A stretch of DNA of 64,000 nt, taken from the UHGV virus genome UHGV-0018639; one strand, given 5' to 3'. The stretch is from a virus. Made by a program: the position numbers and the translations under genes. Shown piece by piece: positions 39,731-49,129 of the stretch. How positions within the stretch are numbered: position 1 is the first letter of the stretch; each line of letters starts with the position of its first letter. The notes below the pieces were generated by a model. It was not told the origin of the DNA. It did no database searches and saw nothing but the letters and a program-made list of their open reading frames with translations.

Positions 39731-40468
39731 CCAAGAAATCATTTTTCGGTTTGGTGCACACTGTCGGACGGCATAGGTGCCAATTCCTATTGCATCAGCT
39801 TCGTCTTCACTAACAGATACGTCGTACCATTGTTTTGCTAGCTGACGCATTGATCCTTTTTTGTCGCTTCTTGATCGCCCTTTAACCCCGCACTCTTGAC
39901 GCCAGACCCCTGTGTGACATAAAGTGTAGGCAATTCCTAACTCAAAGCAACACTCAATCAAAATTCCTTGAAGCCACGCAAGCTGTTGAAAAACATCAAC
40001 ACCCATCATACGTTTGCCTTCGCTTTCATTTTGAAGTTGAATATTTTCCAATGCCACTAAGTCAGGCTGCCAATTATGTAACATATTGACGAGCCAAACC
40101 TTTACAGCATTACTCCGCGCTATTGTATCAGGTAATTGAGTTTGGTAGGTTCCATATTTAATAAGTTCTTTGTCGTCAAAAATTGAGAATCCTGTGATGT
40201 GTGTTGCTTGATCGAGTGCAAGCACACGAAACACATTCTTCTTTTTTGGAACAATTTTAGATGTAGTTGCTTCTGTCTTATATACATTAGCCTCGCAGGT
40301 AGGGCATATTCGTTTTGCGCGAAGCTTTTTCCAAGGGGCGAATACGGAGTGCCCTTCTGGGCACTCGAATCGCATTTCTGTTTCAAGATTTGTGTATGTG
40401 TCGCTTATAACTTTCCAGCCGTCTTGCTCTAATTCCTCTTTAATTGAATCTAATGAAATTTTTGCCAT
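39725..40468 (-). CDS. ruvC: RuvC-like Holliday junction resolvase
   Basis: 247 aa. It has the LALDQATHITGFSIFDD and DAIGIG motifs typical of phage RuvC-family resolvases. Confidence 0.65.
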   Translation of the reverse strand: MAKISLDSIKEELEQDGWKVISDTYTNLETEMRFECPEGHSVFAPWKKLRAKRICPTCEANVYKTEATTSKIVPKKKNVFRVLALDQATHITGFSIFDDKELIKYGTYQTQLPDTIARSNAVKVWLVNMLHNWQPDLVALENIQLQNESEGKRMMGVDVFQQLAWLQGILIECCFELGIAYTLCHTGVWRQECGVKGRSRSDKKGSMRQLAKQWYDVSVSEDEADAIGIGTYAVRQCAPNRKMISWE

Positions 40469-41409
40469 TAAAACTTTCCGGTAGAACCGAAACCGCCCTG
40501 ACGGTCTTCCGCTCCATAGAGAGTTATGTCATCAACTTCTTGCCAACTTATTTTGGGGACTTCGGCAAGAACTAACTGGGCGATTTTCTGACCTTTTGTT
40601 ATGTAGATAGGGGAGCCGTGAAGAATTGACGTGATGATAGGACGATGAGTTTCATCGTCAAACTCATAAGTTATATCTTTGATTGCAGGCTCATTGTTTT
40701 CAAGAATTATGCCAATCTCGTCGTGAAATCCTTCATCGACAGTGCCAATTGAATTGGCGATACGCATATGAGTGCGAGCTGATAGACCTGACTTAGCGCG
40801 CACCTGTATTTCATAACCTTTCGGCAAAGCCACTCTCAAACCAGTCGGGATTATCTTGATTTCGCCGGGGTCAATCGTATAATCATCGAGCGCAAACACA
40901 TCAAGGCCGCTGTCAGTTGTATGGGCATATTCAGGAAGCCTTATTTCACTAAACAGCCGCTGTACAGGCACACTCACAACACGACGTGCGATTCGCTCAT
41001 TTTCACCAAGCGCATTTGCAACTATACCAAGAATGGATTTGAAGAAATCTATTTTGACTTGAGAAATCTTACCATCCAGATTTGTTTGCAGTTTTTCCGC
41101 AATGTTGGCCAGCTCATCCATCATATCCTCAGCCGCGACGCCTTGAATTGAAAGGTTCTGCGCAATACCAAGCTGAATCTGCGGGTCTTTGAAGGCACTA
41201 TAAAAGTTCTCCAAAACGCCAGCCGCAACTACCATAAATTGCTCGTCATCAAGGCTCATCAAGCTAGAGAATGCCTTGACATACTCATCAGCCTCGTCTT
41301 CGTCTATTAAATTACCGAAGAAAAACGAAAAGGTGTCGCGCAATGTCTGTTCGATATCTTCTTCAGGCATTTCAATCGGCTTACCTGAAATATCTATTAT
41401 TTCACTCAT
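40468..41409 (-). CDS. dut: dUTPase domain protein (C-terminal dUTPase with motif RAKSGLS; N-terminal extra domain)
   Basis: 313 aa. The C-terminal half shows dUTPase motifs (SGLDV..., RSGLS-like, ILHGSPIYITKGQKIAQLVL). Confidence 0.6.
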   Translation of the reverse strand: MSEIIDISGKPIEMPEEDIEQTLRDTFSFFFGNLIDEDEADEYVKAFSSLMSLDDEQFMVVAAGVLENFYSAFKDPQIQLGIAQNLSIQGVAAEDMMDELANIAEKLQTNLDGKISQVKIDFFKSILGIVANALGENERIARRVVSVPVQRLFSEIRLPEYAHTTDSGLDVFALDDYTIDPGEIKIIPTGLRVALPKGYEIQVRAKSGLSARTHMRIANSIGTVDEGFHDEIGIILENNEPAIKDITYEFDDETHRPIITSILHGSPIYITKGQKIAQLVLAEVPKISWQEVDDITLYGAEDRQGGFGSTGKF

Positions 41410-41648
41410 TCAAGCCCCTCCCATATTGTGCTATATACCATAGTGCAAGAAACGACTTCGCAACTGTCAATTATTTCACCCTTGGACTTCTTATCCTTAT
41501 GGGTGTAGCCGCACTTGGTTATCTGATAACCCTTTTCGTGGGCTTCAGTGCGAAATTTTTCCATTAAATCTTTTGCCTCATTTTCACTTTCAACTCTATA
41601 TTCTTTGGTTTCCTTGAGCAGTATCATTTTATTTCTCCTTTTATCCAA
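41406..41648 (-). CDS. hypothetical protein
   Basis: ORF track 80 aa, coupled. Confidence 0.45.
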   Translation of the reverse strand: MDKRRNKMILLKETKEYRVESENEAKDLMEKFRTEAHEKGYQITKCGYTHKDKKSKGEIIDSCEVVSCTMVYSTIWEGLE

Positions 41649-41720
41649 TACATATAGAAAGGACTTCCTTTCCTTTTTATAATATAATTATATCACAAAA
41701 AGATAAGGAAGTCAAATTTT

Positions 41721-42983
41721 TCAATCTTTATTTTTCAAAATCAGATTGAGAATAATACCAGCTATAAGAGCAAGTGCAGTAGCGGAAATTGAAAAATCAG
41801 CGCCACCAATCGCAAGGCCGCTTATGCCGAGAGAAAGAACCGCAGAGACAATTATCAAGTTCTTTTGCTCATTCAAATCAACTTGCTGCAGCATTTTTAC
41901 GCCACTACAAGCAATAAATCCATAGAGAACAATTGCCGCGCCAGCAAAAACGCAAGCCGGGATTGAACTAATAAAAGCTTGGACCGGCACAAAGAAGCCC
42001 ATAAGTATCAATATAAATGCGGCGGTTCCGCTCACTTTCGCAGAAGCAACTTTGCTAAATCCAACACAAGCAACGCCTTCACCATAAGAGCAAGCGCCGA
42101 GTCCGCCAAGTAAACCACTAACAGCATTTGCAAGTCCTTCACCAGCAAAGATACGGTTAAGGCCGGGCTTTTTGTAAAGATCAATACCAATTATATTACT
42201 GAGCGCGGCGTGATCGCTAAGAGCTTCCATCATTGCACTTATAGTGTAAGCAATAAACAAAATTATAAGAGGAATAAGCTGCGGCAGTTCAATAAATTTG
42301 CCCCAATCAACGTGAGAAACCGCGAGGTCAGGCAATGCGAAAAGGGCCATATTTTCAAAGACGTTAAAATCGACAACAGGAAAAATCTTCGTGATTGTCA
42401 GAATAATTGCATAAATATAACCAACTAAAGTGCCAAGCAGGAACGGGAGAATCTTTATAATTCCTTTCGCATAATGTGAAAAGAGTGCAATTGCTATCAT
42501 TGTGATGATAGCTACACTAACGCCCCACATATTAGTTTCGCCATTTATCTGAACATAAGTCAAGATAAAAGGCATAAGGTTAATACCTATAACAACCGTG
42601 ACTGCGCCGATCAATGACTTAGGAAAAATTTTATATATATTTTCAACAGGAACACGACTAAAGATAAGACCAAAAATTGTATAAACAACCCAAATTACAA
42701 AACAGCCAATAATTGCGCCTTCATAACCACAAGAAGTAAGTGCAATTATGATAGGAGCGACAAAAGCGCCAGAGTTTGAAATGAACATTGGGGATTGTCC
42801 TTTTGTTATAAGAATATAAGCCAGAGTACCACAGCCCGCGCCAACGAGTGCACCAGATACGGCGACACCACAAATATTAGCAATGAGCGTTGTGGCAACT
42901 ATAATTGACAGCATCATTTGTATTGAGAATAATAAAAGCTGCCCGAATGGAATTTTATCATCTAAAGAATATTTCATTACCAA
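41721..42983 (-). CDS. NCS2-family nucleobase permease (xanthine/uracil permease-like), ~12 TM
   Basis: 420 aa and very hydrophobic. The general architecture and Gly-rich motifs fit nucleobase:cation symporter-2. Confidence 0.6.
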   Translation of the reverse strand: MVMKYSLDDKIPFGQLLLFSIQMMLSIIVATTLIANICGVAVSGALVGAGCGTLAYILITKGQSPMFISNSGAFVAPIIIALTSCGYEGAIIGCFVIWVVYTIFGLIFSRVPVENIYKIFPKSLIGAVTVVIGINLMPFILTYVQINGETNMWGVSVAIITMIAIALFSHYAKGIIKILPFLLGTLVGYIYAIILTITKIFPVVDFNVFENMALFALPDLAVSHVDWGKFIELPQLIPLIILFIAYTISAMMEALSDHAALSNIIGIDLYKKPGLNRIFAGEGLANAVSGLLGGLGACSYGEGVACVGFSKVASAKVSGTAAFILILMGFFVPVQAFISSIPACVFAGAAIVLYGFIACSGVKMLQQVDLNEQKNLIIVSAVLSLGISGLAIGGADFSISATALALIAGIILNLILKNKD

Positions 42984-43825
42984 ATCACCTTATATTTTAT
43001 TTTATTTGTTTTAGCTATTTGCCTTTTTAGAGGGTCTTTTTCCGTCCAATTTTTTATAGCGTATTGGAAATATTTAGATGACTTGGCTTTTTCTTTCCAT
43101 TTTTTTAGTTGTTTTATATCTTCTGGATTCGATTCCTCAAAAAAATGGCCTCCATGAGTCCAATGCCTATTTAGTTCAATAAATAAATCTTCCGATACGA
43201 TATAAAAATCACAAAAGAAAGGATACCGTTTTTCATCTTTATAATTTCTCAAAACATTTTCTTTTCCATATTGTTGACAAAGTTGTAAATATAAATCTTC
43301 CTCTGGTTTGGAAATTCTAAAACTATTATTTTTTCTTTTTGTCTCAGCTTGTTTTTTTAGGGTTTTTGGCCAATCCATATTTTTTGTACGCCATTTATAA
43401 AAATTTTCTAAAGATCCATATTTTTGTATCATGGTTTTATTTCTTTGGGCTATATTATGATAATTATGAGGATCTGGCCATAAGATTTGATTTGTGGCTT
43501 TAGTTTTTTCTTTTATTTTCTCGGCTTTTGCTGGATTAGAAACCCCATATTTTTGATAACAAGTTTTTTCAGCTTTCTTTTTTACGGAATCTAATTGATG
43601 GACATTATCTACTCCGTATTTTTTTTGGCAAGTGGCTCTTCGTCTTTGGTTAGAAACTTTAATTTGAGTTGGATCACGGGGTTTCATTCCTCGCTGCCAT
43701 CCTTGCTCTAAGTATTTTTCTAGCTCTGATGATAGGACTCTTTTATTTATTTGCCCATTGTTGATAAAAAGCCCTGACGAATGAGATTGGCTCATTCGTG
43801 AGTCGCCTCCCAGTCCTGAAGCCAT
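42977..43825 (-). CDS. free-standing Vsr/DUF559-like PD-(D/E)xK endonuclease candidate with N-terminal tandem KYGV.N repeats
   Basis: 282 aa. It has repeats KKYGVDNVHQLDSVKKK / QKYGVSNPAKAEK and a C-terminal RYPFFCDFYIVSEDLFIELNRHWTHGGH. That motif resembles the Vsr-like motif of the terL intron endonuclease. Confidence 0.5.
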   Translation of the reverse strand: MASGLGGDSRMSQSHSSGLFINNGQINKRVLSSELEKYLEQGWQRGMKPRDPTQIKVSNQRRRATCQKKYGVDNVHQLDSVKKKAEKTCYQKYGVSNPAKAEKIKEKTKATNQILWPDPHNYHNIAQRNKTMIQKYGSLENFYKWRTKNMDWPKTLKKQAETKRKNNSFRISKPEEDLYLQLCQQYGKENVLRNYKDEKRYPFFCDFYIVSEDLFIELNRHWTHGGHFFEESNPEDIKQLKKWKEKAKSSKYFQYAIKNWTEKDPLKRQIAKTNKIKYKVIW

Positions 43826-44298
43826 TTTATTACGTCTTCAATATTATCTACTAAAACGCCGCCTTGCTTAATAAGACCAACAGTATAAAGATTCTGATAA
43901 CAGAACTGACTCTCACCAATATCAAAACGCATTATTTCGGCTTTAGCATCATTGTATGTGCGACTTGCCATACGACTATCAGTACAAATACCGATAATCA
44001 TTTTCTTGTCTCCGCGCGCAATTTTTTCGTGAAATTTGCCAATTTCTGCACTTGTTCCAGAAGGAATCACATCGCCATCAATGCAAGCAACAAGAACATC
44101 AGTTTCATCCAAGCGTGCATTATCTCCATCCGCAATCTGCCAAGAGCTTGCACATTTTGTTTTATCATTTATTTCTTTATTTTCCAGAGGATTATAGAGG
44201 TTGATTCCGGGAATAGCATCACGAATTTGTGCGCTCCATTTCTCATTTCTCATTCTATCTCCTTCACAAAAGATTGGCCCCGCCAAATAAACATTCAT
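43792..44298 (-). CDS. nucleoside 2-deoxyribosyltransferase family protein
   Basis: N-terminal MNVYLAGPIF and the DGDVIPSGTSAEIGKFHEKIARGDKKMIIG motif. ORF track 43792..44349; the likely start is the internal ATG at 44298. Confidence 0.6.
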   Translation of the reverse strand: MNVYLAGPIFCEGDRMRNEKWSAQIRDAIPGINLYNPLENKEINDKTKCASSWQIADGDNARLDETDVLVACIDGDVIPSGTSAEIGKFHEKIARGDKKMIIGICTDSRMASRTYNDAKAEIMRFDIGESQFCYQNLYTVGLIKQGGVLVDNIEDVIKWLQDWEATHE

Positions 44299-44696
44299 TC
44301 GTCTATATCCTCCAAATAAATTATTTTTTTCTCTAATTGCTTTGCCCATTCAATTTCACGTTTTGTGGATTCACCAATATAGCCATTCTTGTTTATTACA
44401 AAAATCATATCAGACATTGAAATTTTAGCTAGATGCATACGGTCGAGCTGTTGTTTTTCTTTCTCTGTCATTGTATCACCGTAATGCCCATAAATCTCAG
44501 GACTTAGGACAATATAGCCTGCAATTGTAAATTCTTTGCGATATTGCTGAAACAAAGGAAGAAACTTAGTACTGCCACACAATGTAATAATGGGAAACTC
44601 ATTTTGGTAGTTCCGCACTAAAATTTTATTAGTTATTTGTTGTCCCACATTCATCCTCGATTCCCATTGCTGCACTAGCTGCTTTATAGCCCTCAA
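44295..44696 (-). CDS. NDT-like (DUF4406-type) nucleoside deoxyribosyltransferase-fold protein
   Basis: 133 aa. ITLCGSTKF and VINKNGYIGESTKREIEWAKQLEKKIIYL match the NDT-fold pattern D.GT.fEiGyA...gKp. Confidence 0.45.
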   Translation of the reverse strand: MRAIKQLVQQWESRMNVGQQITNKILVRNYQNEFPIITLCGSTKFLPLFQQYRKEFTIAGYIVLSPEIYGHYGDTMTEKEKQQLDRMHLAKISMSDMIFVINKNGYIGESTKREIEWAKQLEKKIIYLEDIDE

Positions 44697-44883
44697 TATA
44701 GCCCATTGTATGTTCTTTATTCAGCCTTTCTTGAATATTCTTATAAACTTGCGGGAATAAACTTGCTATCACAAACTCAAAAGAAAGTTCAAGCTCATCT
44801 GTGTTTCCATTATACGTTTTTTCTACTTGCTCAATTACTCGTTTTATGTGCATGAATCGAACCTTATCTAAATTTTCGTCCAT
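44629..44883 (-). CDS. hypothetical protein
   Basis: ORF track 84 aa. Confidence 0.4.
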   Translation of the reverse strand: MDENLDKVRFMHIKRVIEQVEKTYNGNTDELELSFEFVIASLFPQVYKNIQERLNKEHTMGYIEGYKAASAAMGIEDECGTTNN

Positions 44884-45461
44884 AATTTCTCCTTTCCATA
44901 ATGTAGGGTTAAAGCGCCAAATGAATTACCTAATGCAGCAACTAAAATTTTTCGGAAGGAAATTGGTATAGAGCTTGCTGCTGAATAAAACATATTAGCA
45001 ATGCAGTGATCAAAACCACAATAAACAAATAAAAATACAGGGAGCATTATAGCAAGAAGAGACTTTGTTCGTTTGAATCCTTCAACTGCGCAATAGACAC
45101 ATACTCCGCACAAGTAGGAGCTAAAGAGTAAATTGGCATATGACATTTCTGCTTTTGAAGAAGCAACTAAATCGGCCAAAAATGGATTTACCCACCACAC
45201 CAATAAACCCAATAGTGCGGCGCCAGCGAAATTTGCAATAAGCATTATACTTAAATCAATAAGATCTGCGCCATCACCTACATAAGCAATGCGGCCAGTG
45301 TAAAGCGGAAGGCCAAGTTCTAAAATTGAGACAAGCCCAAAGCTAAATAACAATGCACCCAATATCTTATTTTGGCTAATGAGGTTGGCATATCCGCCAA
45401 CCCCAATTAGCATACCTGCAAAGAAAGCAGGAATTATATTATAGCTATCTTTTTTTATCAT
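44868..45461 (-). CDS. formate/nitrite transporter (FNT)-family-like membrane channel (short, 197 aa)
   Basis: Hydrophobic, with GFDHCIANMFY matching the conserved FNT motif (GFEHSIANMF in FocA). Confidence 0.45.
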   Translation of the reverse strand: MIKKDSYNIIPAFFAGMLIGVGGYANLISQNKILGALLFSFGLVSILELGLPLYTGRIAYVGDGADLIDLSIMLIANFAGAALLGLLVWWVNPFLADLVASSKAEMSYANLLFSSYLCGVCVYCAVEGFKRTKSLLAIMLPVFLFVYCGFDHCIANMFYSAASSIPISFRKILVAALGNSFGALTLHYGKEKLWTKI

Positions 45462-45492
45462 ATTTATATTATACTAAAATTTTGATGAAAAA

Positions 45493-46002
45493 TCAAATTT
45501 TGAGTTCACAAATGTGCGCTTTTTCCAAAGTTTGGTGAACATCTATAAGGCGCTGATTACGAGAGCCACGGAATGGCAAAGTTAAATCACGCTGCTCAAG
45601 AATAAAAGGGCCATCTACCACAACATCGCAAAGTTGGAGTGTTGTTGAAATGCGGCGAGGGGGATTGAAATCCTCCCAGTCCAAGTGGTAGCCAGTATAG
45701 AGCCAAATGTCTTTATTAGGAAATTTTTCTTTGATTTCTCTTAACAACTTATAGATAGTATTGTTGTTTTGTGGCTCAAGTGGATGACCGCCAGAAAGAG
45801 TGATTCCTTTTATCCAAGGCTTTGAAAGAGCGTCAAATAGTTCTTCTTTCGCGGTGTCATCAAAAAGTTTACCTGCGCAGAAATCCCAAGTTTCAGGATT
45901 ATGACATTCTTTGCAATGGAGAGAACATCCTGAAACCCAAAGAACGACACGCACGCCAAGACCATTTGCGATGTCGCATTTTGTTATTTTGATATAATTC
46001 AT
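45493..46002 (-). CDS. nrdG: anaerobic ribonucleotide reductase activating protein (radical SAM)
   Basis: The GCSLHCKECHN CxxxCxxC motif. The start MNYIKITKCDIANG at 46002 overlaps the nrdD stop. Confidence 0.75.
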   Translation of the reverse strand: MNYIKITKCDIANGLGVRVVLWVSGCSLHCKECHNPETWDFCAGKLFDDTAKEELFDALSKPWIKGITLSGGHPLEPQNNNTIYKLLREIKEKFPNKDIWLYTGYHLDWEDFNPPRRISTTLQLCDVVVDGPFILEQRDLTLPFRGSRNQRLIDVHQTLEKAHICELKI

Positions 46003-46979
46003 TATGATTCTCCCAAATGTAAGACACGCTCTTTTATTTCTTGGGTACGGCCAAAATTCCAAAAATTAGAGCCAATATAGCCGCAAGTACGACGTGCAAC
46101 GTTCAAGGTAGAATGATCACGGTTGCCGCAATTTGGACAATACCACTCCATATTATCATCAATGAGAATTTCGCCATCGAAGCCACATTTCTGACAGTAG
46201 TCGCTCTTTGTATTAAGTTCAGCATACATTATGTTATCATAAATAAACCTATAAAGCTCTAAGACGGCAGGAATATTGTTTTGTAAATTAGGAACCTCTA
46301 CATAGCTTATTGCACCGCCCGGACTAAGTTTTTGAAACTCAGCCTCGAAAGCAAGTTTATCAAAAGCATTGATTTCTTCAAAAACAGGAACATGATAACT
46401 ATTTGTAATATAATTACGGTCATGCCCATCGAGTTTAATAAATATATCATTGCCAAATCGCTGTTTTAGGCAACGCGCAAACTTATATGTTGTACTTTCA
46501 ATAGGAGCACCATAGAGAGAATAATCAATTTTTTCAGCAGCTTTCCATTCAGCACACTTCTCATTTAAACGTGCCATTACTTCAAGAGCAAAAGGTTTCC
46601 CATCAGTCTGTGTATGGCTATGCCTTGTCATATATTTTACGCACTCATAAAGACCAGCATATCCAAGTGAAATTGTTGAATAGCCATTATGAAGCAATTT
46701 ATCAAGCCTCTCACCTTTTTCAAGACGAGCGAGTGCGCCATTTTGCCAAAGAATAGGGGCAACATCACTAAGGGTTCCCTCAAGACGCTTATGTCTAAGT
46801 TGAAGTGCTTTGTGGCATAATTCAGTACGCTCTTCAAATAGCTGCCAAAACTTATCAATATTACCGCCTGAACTAAAAGCTAAATCTGGTAAACTAATTG
46901 TAACAACACCTTGGTTAAAACGACCATAGTATTTTGGGTTATTATTTTCATCAACATAAGGAGTTAGGAAGCTCCTGCA
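46002..46979 (-). CDS. nrdD: anaerobic ribonucleoside-triphosphate reductase NrdD, exon 2 (glycyl-radical C-terminal part: CRSFL..., RRTCGYIG..GRTQEIKERV)
   Basis: ORF track 46002..46982. Exon 2 starts at 46979 (UGC AGG..) after terminal G46980. Confidence 0.8.
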   Translation of the reverse strand, partial: CRSFLTPYVDENNNPKYYGRFNQGVVTISLPDLAFSSGGNIDKFWQLFEERTELCHKALQLRHKRLEGTLSDVAPILWQNGALARLEKGERLDKLLHNGYSTISLGYAGLYECVKYMTRHSHTQTDGKPFALEVMARLNEKCAEWKAAEKIDYSLYGAPIESTTYKFARCLKQRFGNDIFIKLDGHDRNYITNSYHVPVFEEINAFDKLAFEAEFQKLSPGGAISYVEVPNLQNNIPAVLELYRFIYDNIMYAELNTKSDYCQKCGFDGEILIDDNMEWYCPNCGNRDHSTLNVARRTCGYIGSNFWNFGRTQEIKERVLHLGES

Positions 46980-47748
46980 CATATTATCCCATATCCCTAT
47001 GGGTACTGACTATATCTTCATTCCACTAAAAAGTGGAGTTGTCTTCCGCTTCGAGTGAGTGCCTATCTCTCACCCTACTCCCTTACATTCATCAGGGATA
47101 GTCGATACACTTCATTCATCATAATAAAAATTATAAGGAGTATTATTTGTCCGTTGCTGTAAAAGAAAGGTCCTGATACGATGTCTATCAATACCAGTTT
47201 TACGTTCGCATTCTCTCATTGACTTATAGTGAAAACGTTCTTTTGTCTCTTTATTTTCAGCAATTATCCAAATTCCACGCCCTTTATGCGGATTTATATA
47301 ATTGTTTTCCTGATAAGCCTTTCTAATATTTTCGCTGTGAGATACGGCCCGCAAATTAGAAAGTTCATTATGTGATTTATTTCCATCAATATGGTCTACA
47401 ACTGTACAATTATCAAGAAAAACTTCCGCCATAAGGCGATGAACGCGAGTTCGTATTCGATTGCCACCAAGACAAAGAACTACGTGTTGATACATATCAA
47501 TGCCAATATATGGACTAATTATTCTTCCCGTTTTAAAATTGATTATTTGAGCATCTTCATTTATACCAAATTGATTATTCAAACTTGGAATGGGCATAAA
47601 TTCTTTCATTATCTCACCTCCTTTTCATATTTATGATATATGATGAATTTTAGCACGGCCTCATCTGTTCTAGACCTAGCCGTTAGCCGCATTTGCGACA
47701 CCCGCGGGCGCGGTTCAAAAGATTTTATATGAGCTGCAGTTTTCACTT
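46980..47748 (-). mobile_element. group I intron (769 nt) in nrdD with an HNH homing endonuclease ORF
   Basis: On the - strand the exon 1 end ..ugu aug ggU(47749) joins ugc agg(46979..) to give CMG|CRSFL (the conserved NrdD MGCRSFL). P1 is uaugggU:Gcucaua (rc of ~47720-47726). P10 is cugca:ugcag. R-like gtatcgactatcc and S aagatatagtcag (rc of 46991-47003). P9 hairpin and terminal G46980. Confidence 0.8.
47112..47609 (-). CDS. HNH homing endonuclease (VDHIDGNKSHNELSNLRAVSHSEN)
   Basis: 165 aa with RBS aaggagg upstream. It lies inside the nrdD intron. Confidence 0.8.
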   Translation of the reverse strand: MKEFMPIPSLNNQFGINEDAQIINFKTGRIISPYIGIDMYQHVVLCLGGNRIRTRVHRLMAEVFLDNCTVVDHIDGNKSHNELSNLRAVSHSENIRKAYQENNYINPHKGRGIWIIAENKETKERFHYKSMRECERKTGIDRHRIRTFLLQQRTNNTPYNFYYDE

Positions 47749-48927
47749 ACCCATACAAGGATAACAACGACCCTTACCAGTTTTGTCTTTTTTTAATTCT
47801 AACATCATTTTTTCAGAAATAATATCAGGGACAAGACGCTTTGCTGTACATTTTGCTGCAAGTTCTGTTAAGTAAAAATACTTATCGCCCGGCTGTAAAT
47901 TATCAGGTTCAAGGACATAAAGTAACTTAGGAAATGCAGGCGTAATATAAACGCCTTTTTCATTCTTGAAACCTAAAATACGTTGTTTAATAAACTCCTC
48001 TATCAGCATTGCTAATTCATTCTTATATTCTTCTGTCTCGTTTAAATACATAAATACAGAAAGAAATGGTGCTTGACCATTTGTTGTTGTCATTGAATTG
48101 ACTTGATAGTTGAAAGTCTGAACAGCATCAACAACTTCTTTTTTTGTATCAAGTTGCGCATACTTATGCGCATTCTCATCGTCAAATCCCCAATCTTTAT
48201 ACTTCTTGAGATAAGCTTCATAAGAGCTTCTAACAAAAGGTGCAAGATGTGTAAGAGTAATAGTAGCACCACCATATGAAGAAGAAGCGACGCCAAGAAT
48301 TACTTGCGTTGCAATCGTAGAAGCTGTCAGAATTCTATGCGGCTTTTCAATTTTAACGTTATTAATTACAGTACCATTTTGAAGGACATCCTCTAAGTTA
48401 ATAAGATCGCAATTATGGAGGGTCTTCTGGCCGAAATAATCAATATCGTGGAAATGTATAATACCTTTCTCATGCGCGTCCACAATCTCAGGGGGAAGAA
48501 GAAATCGTTTAGAGATGTCTTCGCTAACAATACCGGCCATATAATCACGCTGTGTCGTTACAAGGTCGGCATTTTTATTTGAATTTTCAGCGTTCCAATA
48601 ATCACTTGTACCACTGATTAGTTCAAGTAAATCTTTGTCTGTTGTATTGCCTTCGCGCGCGAGTCTATGTTTATACCTGTATTCAACATAGCGCTCAGCC
48701 ACGTCTTTTCTTGAACTAGCCATAAGCCGCTCAACTACTAAGTCTTGAATTTCTTCAACGCTCAAATCTCTATTAAGCTTTTCTATTTGAGTAGCCACCA
48801 TTCGTGCCTTATTTTTGGCATAAGATGTTTCACGTCCATCTACTTCCAAAAAGGCTTTGAGAATGGCGACTCTAATTTTCTCTTTATCAAATGGAACCGT
48901 AGTTCCATCACGTTTTATGACGTACAA
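47749..48927 (-). CDS. nrdD: NrdD exon 1 (ATP-cone VIKRDGTTVPFDKEKI and N-terminal catalytic part; 393 codons)
   Basis: ORF track 47743..48927. The last 2 codons plus the stop of that ORF are intron-encoded. Confidence 0.8.
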
Positions 48928-48928
48928 A

Positions 48929-49129
48929 TCAATCCCTCCCCGGTTCCTCTAAATAACAAAAACGACAGTAGCCATCAATAAATTCATGAGTACATTGCTT
49001 CTGTAATTCACGATTTTCTTTTATCAGCGCAGCTACTGTATTATTTAGAGTATAAACATTCGGGGACATAATGGATTGAATTATATCATTGTTTGCTTCA
49101 ATTTTTTCGTGTATTTCTTGATTAGACAT
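48929..49129 (-). CDS. hypothetical small protein
   Basis: ORF track 66 aa. Confidence 0.4.
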   Translation of the reverse strand: MSNQEIHEKIEANNDIIQSIMSPNVYTLNNTVAALIKENRELQKQCTHEFIDGYCRFCYLEEPGRD

